A DNA stretch of 64,000 bases from Mobula birostris (taxonomy: Eukaryota), in NCBI RefSeq assembly GCF_030028105.1, contig NC_092374.1, positions 178,894,057 to 178,958,056 on the forward strand, read 5' to 3'. Position numbers and translations under genes: made by a program. Positions within the stretch are counted from its first letter, which is position 1. Each line of letters starts with the position of its first letter. This document shows positions 1 to 12,737 of this stretch, piece by piece. Under the pieces are notes generated by a model. It had not been told where the DNA came from. It did not search any database and saw nothing but the letters and a program-made list of their open reading frames with translations.

Positions 1-61
1 GAAGGAGCGCAGTATGCCTGCAGGGTGCTGCACAATGGCGATACTAAAATTGTTAAACTTG
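1..61 (+). CDS. B2M: Beta-2-microglobulin, 3' end of exon 2 (Ig C1 domain; gene starts upstream of the window)
   Basis: Frame 1 reads EGAQYACRVLHNGDTKIVKL, compared with human [20 protein letters not shown]. It ends at a phase-1 donor G|GTGAGT at 61/62, the standard B2M exon 2 boundary. Confidence 0.93.
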
Positions 62-96
62 GTGAGTAAAACATGTGATCCTCATCAATCATATGA

Positions 97-900
97 CAAT
101 GGATCCCCGTTACTTGGGAGACTTTGGGACCAGTACATTCTAGCCCAATTAAGCTATTGCCCCAATTAGCTGAAGTTTCATGGAAATATTTAATAAGATA
201 TTTAAAAAAGTCAAACTACCATTTAACTGAGTAACAAATTATGTATTTAAATGAAATATAGAACAAATTAGAACACTACCAAAACTACTATAAAACTCTG
301 TATTAGTTCCTAATAGTTATTGTGAATCTTAGTGTACGGCACATGTTCTCTTGATTGACTGTACATGAACAAAATTAGTGCAGACAGTTCGTGTAGATAA
401 TGGATGCCTTCAGACAATGTTTTCGAGGATGCCATCCTCCAAATCATCATTGTCATTGTAACATTCAAAATGATTGTCAATACCTTCAAATTCTTAGTAG
501 TTTCTAACTTGTTAAAGTAGTGAAATCATTTCATTTTCACTCCTAGCGATTTCTGGTGTCTTCAAGCCTGAATGCTTGAAACTGCAGTCATTCGTTCCCC
601 TCCCCCCCCCCACCATCCCTTCCCACCGATCTCCCTCCCGGCACTCATCCTTGTAAGCGGAACAAGTGCTACACATGCCCTTACACTTACTATTTAAAAA
701 CTACAGTGTAGTGTCTAAAGGCAACATGACATGCATGCCACTGATGTTAGTTAGAAACTGTTCTGTAACAGTTTCCCGTCCCAATTAAGTGGCAGGGGAC
801 TACCAGCAATTTTCTTGATTTGATTTTGTTCTTCAAAGAGTTGTCCCGAATAAGCTGCAGTCCTGAATAACCGATGGCCCCGATTAACCTGAATCCGCTA
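97..900. mobile_element. Old Tc1/mariner (pogo/Tigger-like) non-autonomous element in B2M intron 2
   Basis: Degenerate 22-bp TIRs caatggatccccgttacttggg (97-118) and cccgattaacctgaatccgcta (879-900), about 14/22 matching. TA follows the right TIR. Confidence 0.55.
590..690 (+). mobile_element. Penelope-like ORF fragment nested in the MITE
   Basis: Sequence cccaccgatctccctcccggcactcatccttgtaagcggaacaagtgctacacatgccc matches the PTDLPPGTYPCKWNKCHTCPY segment of the PLE at 31.8-31.9 kb. Confidence 0.75.
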
Positions 901-2431
901 TAAGTCTCCGATTATCTGACACACTCAGGACTTCGATGGTGTTGGACTGCCAGGTTTTCTTGACAATTGAAAGTTGTCGTATTCGCAAAGCAGTTTAGAT
1001 TCATTTTTTTTGTATGTTACATGGTATTGCAATACGTTTTCGGTGAACACAGTAAGTGCAACAGGAACTTGAGGCCCAGGGCACCTGTGAATTCTAGAGG
1101 ATCCCAAGGAACTGGGATCCTAGTAAGTTTTATGGGAGTGCAGGTAGTATCATTGATGAGATAGATAATAAACCTACTGCCTAATCTAATAAAAATAGCA
1201 GATTATTACAGCTGAACTGTATATAAGCATACATTCTTTACTCCAATATGCACAATTAAGCTTTAATAACAAGTTCTTCTCCACCTAATATCAAAACTTA
1301 ATTAGATTCTACCCTGGAAAATTCCCAGGTATCGTTTAATCCTTAAATAATCACCTGAATTCCTGCTTAGACCTCATTTCCAGGTACCATGTGTAGGTGT
1401 CTGGCCTAAAGTTCAGTAATGTAACGTACCTATAACTAACATATACTGACCATTTTTCTCCCCTAAAATAAAGCAAATTCAAATGAGATGTTAACAAGGC
1501 AATGTGGAGGGTGGCCAAGATACCCAAAGGAAATATTTTTTTTAATGAAGCTGTGAAAATTTTTATGATGGGAAGTGGATTTAAGGCCCCATCCACAATC
1601 CAAACCTGTGACTCTGCTCAAGACTGTATGAAATGTCAGTGTAGTTTCTGTGGTCATGTGTTTGAAATGAGCCTCAACCCTTAACCTGTGATTTGGCTGA
1701 GTGTCTTACAATGGAGCTATGCTACTCCCTGAAATCGGGCTGTAGGATACGGTATCGATGCAACAATTTTCTCGATACAGGCCCGGAGCATGTTTTCCAA
1801 AACCTGTCTGACTTAGCCAATTGTCAGCACTCAGCAAATAGAACACTTCAACACTGGAGGTAGCCCTTCATTTCACCATGTCCATGCCAACAATCAGAAG
1901 AATCTGACTAATTTCACCTCAAACTTCAAAGTAAATTCATTATTAAAGTACAGATATGTCACTATATACAACCCTCAAATTCATTTTCTTGCAGACCTAC
2001 TCATTAAATTCAATAGCCATAATCAATGAAAGACCACACAAGCGGAGAGGACAACCAGTGTATTTGACATTTCCAGACAGGATTTTATCTGCCTCGTAGA
2101 TGCCTCTCATAGTTTTATATACCAAAAATTGTACTTTGAGGTGCACTGTGTGAATAATTTGAGACACAACTTGATAATGGTGACAGGAAGCTTTAGGTCC
2201 CTGGTTCCCAGATCATCCTTCCACTGTGGACATACTCAAGTTGTGGATTCACGTATGATTTGGTTGATCGTTGCTATTAGTCAGCGGCTCCATTAGCAGT
2301 GGATCTTGCAGTTGACATGATGGTGTATGGAAACTTCAACAGACTTTGGTCACTTAGTCCACTAATATCTATGCATCGTTCTCATCTCTTCTGTTCACTA
2401 ATCATGTGTTTTTCCCTGCTTTCACTTACAG

Positions 2432-2439
2432 AATCCTAA
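2432..2439 (+). CDS. B2M: Beta-2-microglobulin exon 3 coding part (G|AA TCC TAA = E-S-stop); whole exon 2432-2454
   Basis: Acceptor tttccctgctttcacttacag| and donor CAG|GTAAGC at 2454/2455. A tiny exon carrying the stop codon followed by a non-coding exon is the hallmark B2M layout. The frame joins exon 2 correctly. Confidence 0.9.
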
Positions 2440-2825
2440 GCTGTTGCGCCACAGGTAAGCAAACTCTGACACTTCTTGTTTTTACTGATGATAATATTCT
2501 GGCCTAATGTTCAGCTTCTTCACTCTCTTTTGTCTTGCAGGCCTGACAGGAATGGATTGACTTCAACATTTTATCTTTTCAACATTATAGCATGTTTTGA
2601 TCTGGCTGTTAAAGCGGGAAAAAAATATTACAGTCTGTCTTGAAATAACATTGAAGAATTATTCGATCAATATAAACTTGTAATTAATGTTTGCTCCTTA
2701 TTAATTTTGCTGATGACCAGTCAATATGTTTCTTACAATAGTCCATTCGAAATTAAATTTTCCTTCCATTTGCTGCAGAGGACTGGCCTGTAAATCATGG
2801 CTTATAGAAGCAACTAGTAATATTC

Positions 2826-2852
2826 TTCCTCCTCCTCCTCCTCCCCCTCCAC
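2826..2852 (+). repeat. (CCT)n microsatellite in the B2M 3' UTR
   Basis: ttcctcctcctcctcctccccctccacct seen directly. Confidence 0.85.
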
Positions 2853-3232
2853 CTCATTCAATAGTACTTGACCCATCGACCCATCCTATGGATTGTTGTA
2901 CTCATTCGCACACAGCATGATTTACAGCAACTCTAACCTGTGCCAGCCCACCCAGACCAATTTAGTTTAGAATCCAGGTGTGATGCTGCTTTTGGAACAT
3001 CTCTGGCCAACCCTACTTGTGCATCTTTCCTACGGTTCCCATTCCACTTTGGTGACTTGCAGGACCGAGTTCCATTTCTAGCTGTTGGGTTTTGTTATTG
3101 ATTGAAGCAACGCGGGTGCAATATGTCAAAAATGCTTTTTTTAAAATCATAGTTGCATTAACTGCTCAGTTTTGTGGGGGGATTTATCATTAATGTTAAT
3201 TGGCTTTTTATGTGTAAATCACTGGATAAGTG

Positions 3233-3238
3233 AATAAA
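3233..3238 (+). terminator. B2M polyadenylation signal AATAAA
   Basis: First AATAAA in exon 4, with downstream T-rich sequence. Confidence 0.7.
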
Positions 3239-3372
3239 ATACATTTTACCTTATCTCCTTGTTTTCTCATTTGTGACTCCAAGAACAAAGAACCAATCAA
3301 TGTCAGTGTTTGTATCAAGAATACAAAAAACAGCAACTACCACTTACATAATGTTTTCAATTTCTGAAGCAG

Positions 3373-3735
3373 TTACAAACAAGAGAAAATCTGCAGATGT
3401 TGGAAGTCCAAGCAATACACACAAAATGCTGGAGGAGCTCAGCAGGTCAAACAGCATCTATGGAAAAGGGTATCATCAATGTTTTGGGCCAAGATCCTTC
3501 ATCAGGACTGGAGAGAAAAAAAGATAAGTCAGAGTTAGAAGGTGGGGGAAGGGAAGGAAGAAACAGAAGGCGATAGGTGAAACTGGAAGGGGTGAAGTAA
3601 AGAGCTGGGAAGTTGATTGGTGAAAGAGATACAGGGCTGGAGAAGTGGTTATCTGATGGGAGAGGATAGAAACCCATGGAAGAAAGAAAAGGGGGCGGAG
3701 CACCGGCGGGAAGTTTGCCATGTGAGGTGACATTA
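3373..3735 (-). mobile_element. Penelope-like terminal (pLTR) fragment with a degenerate hammerhead at 3476-3510
   Basis: Terminal motif tctgcagatgttgg...acacaaaatgctggaggagctcagcagg is shared with the other PLE ends. The minus strand has CTGATGA...ccc-AAAAC (GAAA mutated). Confidence 0.8.
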
Positions 3736-4169
3736 AGCAGGTTAGGTAGCTTTTGAGGAAAGGGAGCTTTGAGATTTCCATACAATGGTGTCAAATTTAT
3801 TGTCATATGTACAACTGCTATGAAAAATTTGCAGCAGGGTCACAGGCACATAGCATTAGAGACATAACATTGACAAGAAGAATATAAATTAGACAAGAAG
3901 GAAAACAATCACGACAAACAAAAATCCATCGTAGTACAAAGTTCTCACAGTGTTGCCATACAGAGGGAGTGATTAAGGTCGTCATTAGGGAAAAAAGGAC
4001 TTTCATGTCATCAAATGACCTGGGGTTGATTGACCTTGTGTTTTGATATGTGTAGTTTGCACATTTTCCTGGTGAGTGTTTGGGTGCTTGATGGTTGGCA
4101 TGAATGTGATGGGCCAAAGGGCCTGTTGTGTGACTCCACCAGCAGCTCTGCTGTGAACTGCCCAAGAGC

Positions 4170-4450
4170 TGTTTGTGCTGACCATAAAGCAGCCATCTGC
4201 ATGAGCCATATCTACATGAACACCATGCTTCATTCTCCCCATCCTCCCCAGGTTGTACAGTACCATTTTCCATACACTCGGGGCAACTTACAGTTACATC
4301 TTTGCGACGTGGGAGGAAACAGGAGAATGCTGGGGAATTCTGCACGGTCACAGGGAGAACTTGCAAACTCCACATCAACAGCACCTGTGTTCAGGATTGT
4401 ACTAGAGTCACTGGAGCTATGAGGTAGTGACACTATGCTGCTGCTGGTTT
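4170..4450 (-). mobile_element. tRNA-derived V-SINE (HE1-like)
   Basis: Reverse strand matches the SINE body (gtttgc...ttctccc...cctcc...cccacgtcgcaaagatg) seen again at about 11755-12000(+), 28470-28640(-), 48040-48310(-), 52865-53115(+) and 53960-54190(-). The family name comes from recalled shark SINE structure. Confidence 0.65.
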
Positions 4451-4934
4451 GCAATGATAATTGAGGAGGAGGATCTGAACGGATTCAGGTTAATATGTTG
4501 TGGTAGCGGTCGATAGATAATTGGGTAAGGAGCCAGAGAAATATTTCAGTTTCCCTGAGGAGTGGCACAACACAGCAATGTGGTGCACGCCTAGCTGCCC
4601 CCTCAGGAATGATAAAGAATAATTAATAGGAACAATGGTAGGGATAGCCACATCCTATGTGAGAGGGTTCAGATGAACCAGCAGGGAAAGTTTTATCACA
4701 ATGCACAAAGTTTACAAAATGGGTAAATTTCATCCTGTACTGCAAGATAACATTAGCACTTCAGTCACACACAATAATGAGAGATACTAGATACTGAGTC
4801 CCAGCACAGTGAACAACATACTACTAGTGAACTATGGGGAATAGGGATGAGTACATGAGCATTTTGTCACTGTGGAGTATCACAAGCCAGTACTGTCTGG
4901 GTGGGTGGGTATTCATTCTGAAACTCCGGATTAA

Positions 4935-5107
4935 TTTTTGATACTGTGTGACTGTAGCTTGGTCTTTGATACCATGAGAATAGGGGTTGGGTATTTAATA
5001 TCACAGGACTGGGGTTGGGTCTTTGAAACTGTGAAACTGGCAAGTGGGTCTTTAATACTGGGATCTTAAGTTTGGGTCTTTACTCTGAAACTGTGGACCG
5101 GGGTTTG
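4935..5107 (+). repeat. Degenerate ~28-29-nt minisatellite, about 6 units
   Basis: Recurring tcttt(g/a)a(t/a)actg...ggggttggg units. Confidence 0.6.
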
Positions 5108-5399
5108 TTATAATTTTGTGCGACACTGAACCCCAACAATTATCCATTGCCCCACGCCACTCATTTAAGTTTGAAAATAAGGAGCTGAAGAGAAAGGGAG
5201 CTCGGAGAGAAGCAACGTGGGAATAGGCTCTTTGGCTCACCCAGTACATAAGCACCCATTTACGTTCATACTAAATTCATCTGTAGTTTTATTTTCCCCA
5301 CATTGTCAGCAGTTCCCCTCTTTCTGTCACTCACCTACACAGTTGAAGTGATTTACAGAACGTGTGCCATACGATTGTTCATTGCACTATAGTTTACTG

Positions 5400-6400
5400 A
5401 CCACAGGTTCACTTCAATTAAATATATTTCCAAGCAAACTAGTCACAAAATTCTGGACCCTGGGAACCAATGCTTCACTCTGCAACTGGGTCCTTGACCT
5501 ACTGACTAACAGACCACAACCTGTAAGCTTAAGTGGCAATATGTCTGTCATGATTATTCTGAACAATGGTGCTCCACAAGGTTACGTTCTCAGCCCCCTG
5601 CTCTGCCCCTTGTACACTCATGACTGTGTGGCTGGACTCTGCTCTACAGGTTTGCAGATGATAGAACATTAGTGGGCCATACCTCCTATAACAATGAGTC
5701 AAAGAACAGGAAAGAGATAGGGGCTTAGGAGCTTAGCAACATGGTATCACGACAACATCAATACCAGCAAAACAAAATAGCTGGTTATTAATTTCAGGAA
5801 GGGGGTGAGGTGGTGCACATGCTCCTGTCTACATCAACAGTGTTGAGGTTGAGAGGATTGAGAGTTTCAAGTTCTAGGAGTGAATATCACAAACAGCCTG
5901 TCTTGGTCCAATGACATTGATATCACAGCCAAGAAACCTCTTCAATGCCTCAGGAAGCTAAAAGAAATTTGGCACTTCCCTGTCGACGTGACCAATTTTA
6001 TTGATGCACCATAGAAAGTATCCTATCTGGATGTATAACAGCTAGGTATGGCAATTACTTTGCACACGACTAGAGAAGAACTGCAAAGACTTGTGGATGC
6101 AGTTCAGCACACCATGGAAGCCAGCCCCACATCTATAGACTCTGACTGTACTTCTTTCTGCCTCACTAAAGCAGTCAGCTTAATCAAAGACCACATCTAC
6201 CCCAGATTTCTCTCTATCCCACTCTCCCTTTGGACAGAAGATACAAAAGAATGAAAGCATGTCCCACCAGGCTTAAGTTCAGCTGCTACCCACCATTAAA
6301 TAATACCCCCACACAATAAGTTGGACCCTTGACCTCACAATTTACCCAATTATAATCTTGCACTTTATTTACTTGCAGTGCACGATCTCTGTAAAATGTT
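5400..6400 (+). mobile_element. Rex1/Babar-like non-LTR retrotransposon, decayed RT/3' portion
   Basis: ORF 5364-5672 contains CNWVLDLLTNRPQ...GAPQGYVLSPLLCPLYTHDCVA; ORF 6048-6254 continues the C-terminus. Multiple frameshifts. Confidence 0.8.
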
Positions 6401-7326
6401 TCAGTTCATCCTCCATTGTGCAAAGATTTCAGCTTGATGAATCAAATGCAAAACAAGACTTTGCGTTTGTATTTTGGTACAATTGACATAATAAAGCAAT
6501 TCAAATTTCAATTTTTCCATTGTAAATTCCATCAGGTCTGTAGGAAAGTGGTAGAAGCTGCTGAGCGGAGAGCTGCTGACAATGTAAAAATTGGGATTAA
6601 TGGAGAATTAGTGTAAATGGATGTTGATGTCAGTGCAGACTGGATGGTCTGAGGGGCTGTTTCCGTGCTATCCCTGTCCATGACAACCCTGAAGTCAGGA
6701 ATCAACCTAGCGATCTCTGAAATGGACCTTAATCTCCTTCCCTAAAATGAACCAAAACTGTGCTCCAGGTGTGGCATGTGAAACAAGACTTACCTAATTT
6801 TTTGTCTTCCTTGTAATAAAGGCCAAAGTCAGTTGACCTCCATGTTTATGTGCTGCACCCGATCCTAACTCTATTTATACAAGGACACCCAAATCTTTTT
6901 GAAATCTCCCGCACCATTTAATTTACATCGCTGGGAGATCACTAAAGGCTCCCAGACGGGGAGAGGGGGAGAAATACCTGCAAGAATACTGAGATATTAA
7001 TAGCAGGGGATTTCAACTATCTTCATATAAACTGTTTACAGCATATACATAACAGTGGTTCATAATCACTGGTGGAGTGGGAAGTATGGACAATACAACC
7101 CCTTCGAAAGGCCTTGCATTGGAAGTACTTAACTTCAACCACAGTGGTTCAACACTGAGGTGAGAGAAGTCTGTCCAGGAGCTCAATGGCTTCCAAATCT
7201 AGCGGCATGGGAGTCAAGACATCTGCACCTCCTGCCTGATGGTAGTGGCAAGTAGAGAGGGATACTGGTCAAATATGGGCAGATGGTGCTGAACACCTGC
7301 TTATTTTCTGCTCTTGGCCTCAATAA

Positions 7327-9700
7327 TTTCTTCTTGTAAGGTTTCATGGTGGTTGGCTACCAATAAGGTGCAGTATCTCGACATATTGAATTGGAGTGTG
7401 GAGCAAAGAGACAGGAGGTAAACCCACTAAATTCCCCCCTCCCCAAAAATAACTCAAATCATATCAAAAAGTCTAATGCGTTTCAGGAAGTCAAATACAA
7501 AAACTTTCCATGTTAAGCAGTGTCCCAAAAATCACAATTTAGCAATGAGATGTTTCCTTTGCACCTCATTGGAACTGCATTCAAACAATGCATGCTGCAC
7601 CATTTCTGAAGAAGTGCACTCACTACAAATGCCAGTATTATGCACATTAATTCTGAACAAGGAATTATTTAGCCTAGTATGCCCAATACAGGAATGTGTA
7701 AGTGTAACCTCTTCTCTCCTTTTGTACCCATCTCCCAAATGAGTTCCCACTATACCGTGCATGTTATATAAATGATGCCCTTTCTTTTCCTTGACCCAAC
7801 TTTGCTGCCACATTGATTGAATAGACTTTTTAATTATGGCTTTCACCACCTTCCCCCCCCCCCAACTTTTATGCAAAGGCATCACTGGATTTATAAGGTT
7901 AAAATGATTGCTTGGCTAGAATGTCTGCCATCCTATATCCTTCAACCCCAACATGGGAAGGGACCTATGTTCTCTCTAAGCTGTGCACGTGTGCATGCGC
8001 ACACACGTTTTTCAACCAGCGCACAAAGGAAATTAATGTGTGCACAATAGATTAATTACCTAAAATGATTTAGTAATTAATAATTATACTTACTGAAAAT
8101 AATCTTTTAGCTAAATGTTTCTGTTAACTAGTTAGTCGGTTTTTCAAATACCACAATGCGCCTCACCTTTCCTTTTCCGGTTTGTACAGCTGCATCACAG
8201 CGGCAGCCATCTTTGGCAGACAGTGTTCATATCGTAATGTTTACAAAGATCTGTTTGAAATCCTATAGATAGCTGGTAAATAGATATTTGGTAAATCTTT
8301 AATAAATGCCTTAAATTCTTGTCCATTAGATAATGGGCTTCTGGTATTACAGTAATATTAGAAAAACATTTACAACCCTCCTTTGAAGTCTAAACATTAT
8401 TTACTCCTCCTGTAAGGCATCATTAATAACTTACAGAGTTACGGTAAGTGTTTTGTTTCTGGATGTTCTTCTGCAGCTTTTAATATAATTTTTTTCTGTC
8501 CTATTTTCTGTTTGTCCTATATAATTTACCACATCTACCATGAAAGTGACAAATTTTAGCTTATAAGTTAATCCTTTGTTATAAAATCATGCATTTTACG
8601 CACTGTCCCTAAACTATCTCGATATTAGTAGGTCCCTTTGACACTGTCTTCTATACTTCCTGCAGAGCCTCTGCATATGATATGCCCACTTTCACCTGAA
8701 CATATTGCACTTCCTCAGCTTTCTGATATACAGGACACCAGGCATAAGCTGAGCTATGCTCTCTTCCACAGTTACTACATATTAGCCAACACCTTCTGCA
8801 TAATTGCCATAATCATGCTCTTCACCACCTCTAGCACACCGCTTTTTATGCTTGCATACAGCTGCTACATGACCAAACTTCTGGTCTTGAAAATATCTCA
8901 AGACCATGGACTTGAACCATAACTCATGTAACCTCAATATAACCTAAAACTCTCTGCAACTTTTTTCCCATCATCGTTAATCAACACCAATAAGATATCT
9001 GTTCATACTCTATTATGAAACCTTTTCAAACATTTAACCCCAAAGCTTTTTCACATTGCTTACTATCTTTACAAAATACTGAGAGTGTCCCATCTTTTAA
9101 AAGTTTTGTGTCCACACTATCTTCAAATGCTTTTTTTTTTCAAATCCTTAGGTAGTCTATTTGGATTGATGCTAGAAACATGTCCACATTCAAAACTTAA
9201 CAAAACCTTTAAACCTTCCTGCCTTATTTTAATTAAATCCTGACCACTGCCTTCATCATGAGACGGTAAGCACTACAATCCTCAACCAGCTGTTTATTCT
9301 TCCATTTCTCAGAAACCTTGCCATTTACCTTCCTCCATACAACTCCTATCATTCAATATCACCTCCCGTTCATTACCTCCATCTCCTCCAGCATTTCCTC
9401 CCATCTCTACCACCAACGCCCCCATCCCCCCACAACCACTTACACCCTGACAGCTACTCACAACACCAGGTTCAGTCGTTTGCTCCAACCCCAATGAGGA
9501 CTCCAGAATGAGTGCTCCCCAATCGAGTCACCCACTGCCCTCTATCCCCCATTCCTTGACAATTTTAATCTTGCTTGATGTTTTAAATGTCACAGAATAA
9601 TGGAGCCGAGCACAGGTTCATCTTCTGTTATCTGGCCTTTTCGCAGCATCCTCAGCCAGCGGTTTGCTGTCCCGGATGTAGAAGCACTCTCTAGAGTCTA
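7327..9700 (-). mobile_element. Nimb/I-clade LINE: decayed ORF1 (three CCHC knuckles), ORF2 N-terminal stub and ORF2 C-terminus
   Basis: Minus strand 8650-8900 reads FGHVAAVCKHKKRCAR.GEEH...CSNCGREHSSAY. About 8290-8378 resembles the ILQWNARSL..NGQEF endonuclease start. ORF 7532-7885 has REEVTLT..IGHTRLN..LFRI...C..C...E.VQH.LFEC. An (AAG)n-like tail lies at about 7328-7336. Confidence 0.75.
7967..8270. mobile_element. hAT-type transposon end fragment
   Basis: Begins tgttctctctaagctgtgcacgtgtgcatgcgcac, resembling CAGTGTTCCCTCTAAG-type hAT termini. No partner TIR was found. Confidence 0.5.
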
Positions 9701-10874
9701 ATTTGCCGAATCCCCTGGAGAATACAAAAGCGCCAGTTCATTTAGTCAGGCTGCGAACCGCAGCAATAGCATTTCAGAAGAAGTGTGTCTACTAGGGTAT
9801 CTCGAAGTTTGGTGAGCTGCCTGCAAAACAACATTGTTGGTCACTGGATACATTTTGCAATGGGTGTGATTACACCGGAAAGGGTGCAGGAGAGTTATCA
9901 GGATGTGGTCTGGGATAGAGCATCATGGATAAGCTGGGTTTATTTTCATTGGAGTAGAGAAGCTTGATATGTACAAACCTATCAGGGGCATTGATTGGAT
10001 AGATAGTGCACAGACGGAGAACTGTGTGCAGTTCTGACCTCCCGACTACAGCAGTCTAGAGGATACTTACAGAGATATTAGCATGTCTGGATAGCTGGAT
10101 AGGAGAGTCTGACTAGGCTGGGGTTGCCTGATACACTGAGCAGAGTTATAGCTTAATTGTATAAAGTCCTGAAGCCCAGACACATTTAAGAGAGGAGGCC
10201 CTTGCTGGAGGTTGAGAACTAGGACACATGCATTTTATGTTGGTTTTGACTTCCCTTGTCAGCCATGGTTGCATCATTCTGCCTTTAGTATACTTCTTCT
10301 TGGTATGTATCTATCCTGGTCCTTCTGAATTAATCACAGAAACTCCAGCCATTCCTTGACTCTAATTGATCCACCTGTTGCTTGCCAGCTCCTGTCTCAG
10401 CCCACCCTCTCCCATCTTTATACTGGTTATCTTTTGGCCCTGATGGATGATCTTGGCCCAAAACAATGTCCACCCCCTTTCCTCCACTCACGTTGCCTGA
10501 CATGCTGAGTTCCTCCAGCAGCTTGTTTATTCCAGAATCTGCAGTCTCTTGTGTCTTTAGGGTTTATGGGGACTTGCACCCAAATGCTTCCTCATGACCC
10601 AGGTATGTGCAAGTTAGCTTCACCACAGGCAAATAAATGTCATGCTCTCATTGTCAAGGTCAAGGTTGCCTTCGCACTCACACCTTCAGAATCATTCTGG
10701 GCCGTAACTGCTAGTGGATGCCATGGTCACTGGATTGAGGGATTAGGCAACACAATGACACAGCTAGTGGAAACCTGCCTGACAGCACTGGAGACCCAAG
10801 TTCAATGCTGCTCTCAGACTCTATCTGTGTGGAGTTTGTACTGTGACTATATAGGTAAATTGATAATAGAAGCT

Positions 10875-11350
10875 TAGAAACATAGAAATCTACAGCACAT
10901 TACAGGCCCTTCGGCCCACAATGTTGTGCCGACCATACAACCTACTCTAGAAACTGTCTAGAATTTCCTTACCGCAGAGCCCTCTATTTCTCTCAGCTCC
11001 ATGTACGCATCTCAGAGTCTCTTAAAAGACCCTATTGTATCTGCCCCTACCACTGTCGCTGGCAGTGCATTCCAAGCACCCACCACTCTTTGTGTGAAAA
11101 ACTTACCCCTGACATCCCCCGTGTACCTACTTCCAAGCATCTTAAAATGATGCCCGCTCATGTTAGCCATTTCAGCCCTGAGAAAAAGTCCCTGGCTATA
11201 CACACGATCAATGCCTCTCATCACCTCTATCAGGTCACCTCTCATACTTCATTGTTCCAAGGAGAAAAGGCCAAGTTCACTCAACCTATTCTCATAAGGC
11301 ATGCTCCCCAATCCAGGCAACATCCTTGTAAATCTCCACTGTGCTCTCTC
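10875..11350 (-). mobile_element. CR1 LINE 3' fragment
   Basis: ORF 11012-11245 MRGDLIEV...FFTQRVVGAWNALP; (ctatgttt)-type tail at about 10875-10887. Confidence 0.9.
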
Positions 11351-12737
11351 TATAGTGTCCCCACCAATATAGTAACCAAACCAATAATAAATTGGTTTAT
11401 TATTGTCACATGTATTGAGATACAATGAAAAACTGAACTGAGAACATTCAGGCATGACTGGTATGTGGTCAGTAATGTTCATGCCAGCCGTACAGAGATC
11501 ATTTTGTTACAACAGTACACTGAGGCAGTAGAAGGGAAAACTGTAATAACAGAGTGCAGAATAAAACGGTACAGTTACAGTACTGAGAAAGTGTGGTGCA
11601 TGCAGATAATCAGATGCAAGAGTCCATCTTATTATTCTAGGTGACCATTCAATAGTCCTATAACAGCACAGCAGAAACTGTCTTTGCACCTGGAGATATG
11701 CGACTTTAGGCTTTTGTGGTGGGGGTGGGGGAGGGGATTGCAGAAGACAGAACATTAGGTGTGGTTTTTCCCCTGGTGCTCCAATTTCCTCCACGTCCCA
11801 AAGACGTGTGGGTTAGTAGGTTAAGTTGTCATTATAAGTTGCCTCTTCTCTTCAGGTGAGAATGTGTGGTGTATTAACAACACTAGAATTAATACAGGAT
11901 TAGTGTAAATGGGTAGTTGGTGGACAGTATGGACGCACAGGGCCAAAGGGCCAGTGCATCCAAACTGACCGTCATGCTTCCATTGCTGTATCTTTCCATA
12001 ACTCTTAAGGTAGGTGTGTGAAAAGAATAAGGATAGTATATGTAATTTGTCTGGAGGCAGAGGCAACGGGAGAATTTGAATGCAGATGCTTCAGAGGCTG
12101 TTGATGCCTCAAGAAAGACACATGCACTCATGTATTCAGCAATAACCAGCATCCTGAAGCTCAGCAGGTTCCAGATCAGATAAGAATCTCAGTCTAATAT
12201 TACTTCCATCGCAAGATCAATTTGGGATGTCCACTGATAATCTCGTAATGTTCAATTCCATTTGCAACCACTAAGAACGATGAAGCAGTCTGAGCCTGTG
12301 CACAGAAAAATACAGGGAACATACAAGCATGACTGGTACGTAATACCTATATGCTCAGTGATGTTCATGCTACGTAAGTGTAACATGATCAACAAAAGAA
12401 ATATTAACAACTCCTCTATTAACACAATATTAAAGCAAGATATTCCATAGTGAAAGTGTCTAAAGGTAGAGGGGTCCTGCAGTTCTGGTGGGCACACTGC
12501 AGGAAGGATGTGATTGCACACAGGAGGGAGCAGAGGGGATTCACAAGGAAGTTGTTAGTTATGAGGAGAGACTGGATAGGCTGAACTTGTTTTCCTTGGA
12601 GAGGAAGAGGCTGAGGTGATACCTGAATTTGAAGGGCATAGATAGGATAAGGAGGAGGGAATATTTTTTATAGAGGAGATGCTTATGACTGGAAGACATG
12701 GGCTTAGGGCAAGGGGTAAGAGATTTAGAGATACAAG

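Larger units (their letters stand above)
2541..3258 (+). other. B2M: B2M exon 4 (non-coding 3' UTR)
   Basis: Acceptor ctctcttttgtcttgcag| at 2540/2541 after an 86-nt intron. AATAAA at 3233-3238 is followed by a U-rich tract. The 3' end is estimated. Confidence 0.8.

Noticed and set aside
1315-1326. NF-kB-like site GGAAAATTCCC in B2M intron 2
   Set aside because: An attractive context, but a single short motif is expected by chance. It needs conservation or ChIP evidence.
1502-1684. 60-aa ORF ending CMKCQCSFCGH, zinc-ribbon-like
   Set aside because: Lies in B2M intron 2. No convincing splice sites or family resemblance; likely a chance Cys cluster.
4544-4553. ISRE core TTTCAGTTTC downstream of B2M
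   Set aside because: A GAAANNGAAA match is expected a few times per 64 kb. No supporting cluster.
4935-5107. Spaced repeats superficially like a CRISPR array
   Set aside because: Vertebrate context, degenerate tandem units without unique spacers, and no cas genes.
10551-10877. 108-aa ORF between TEs
   Set aside because: Its 3' third is a SINE head and its start overlaps a PLE end. No splice or domain support.
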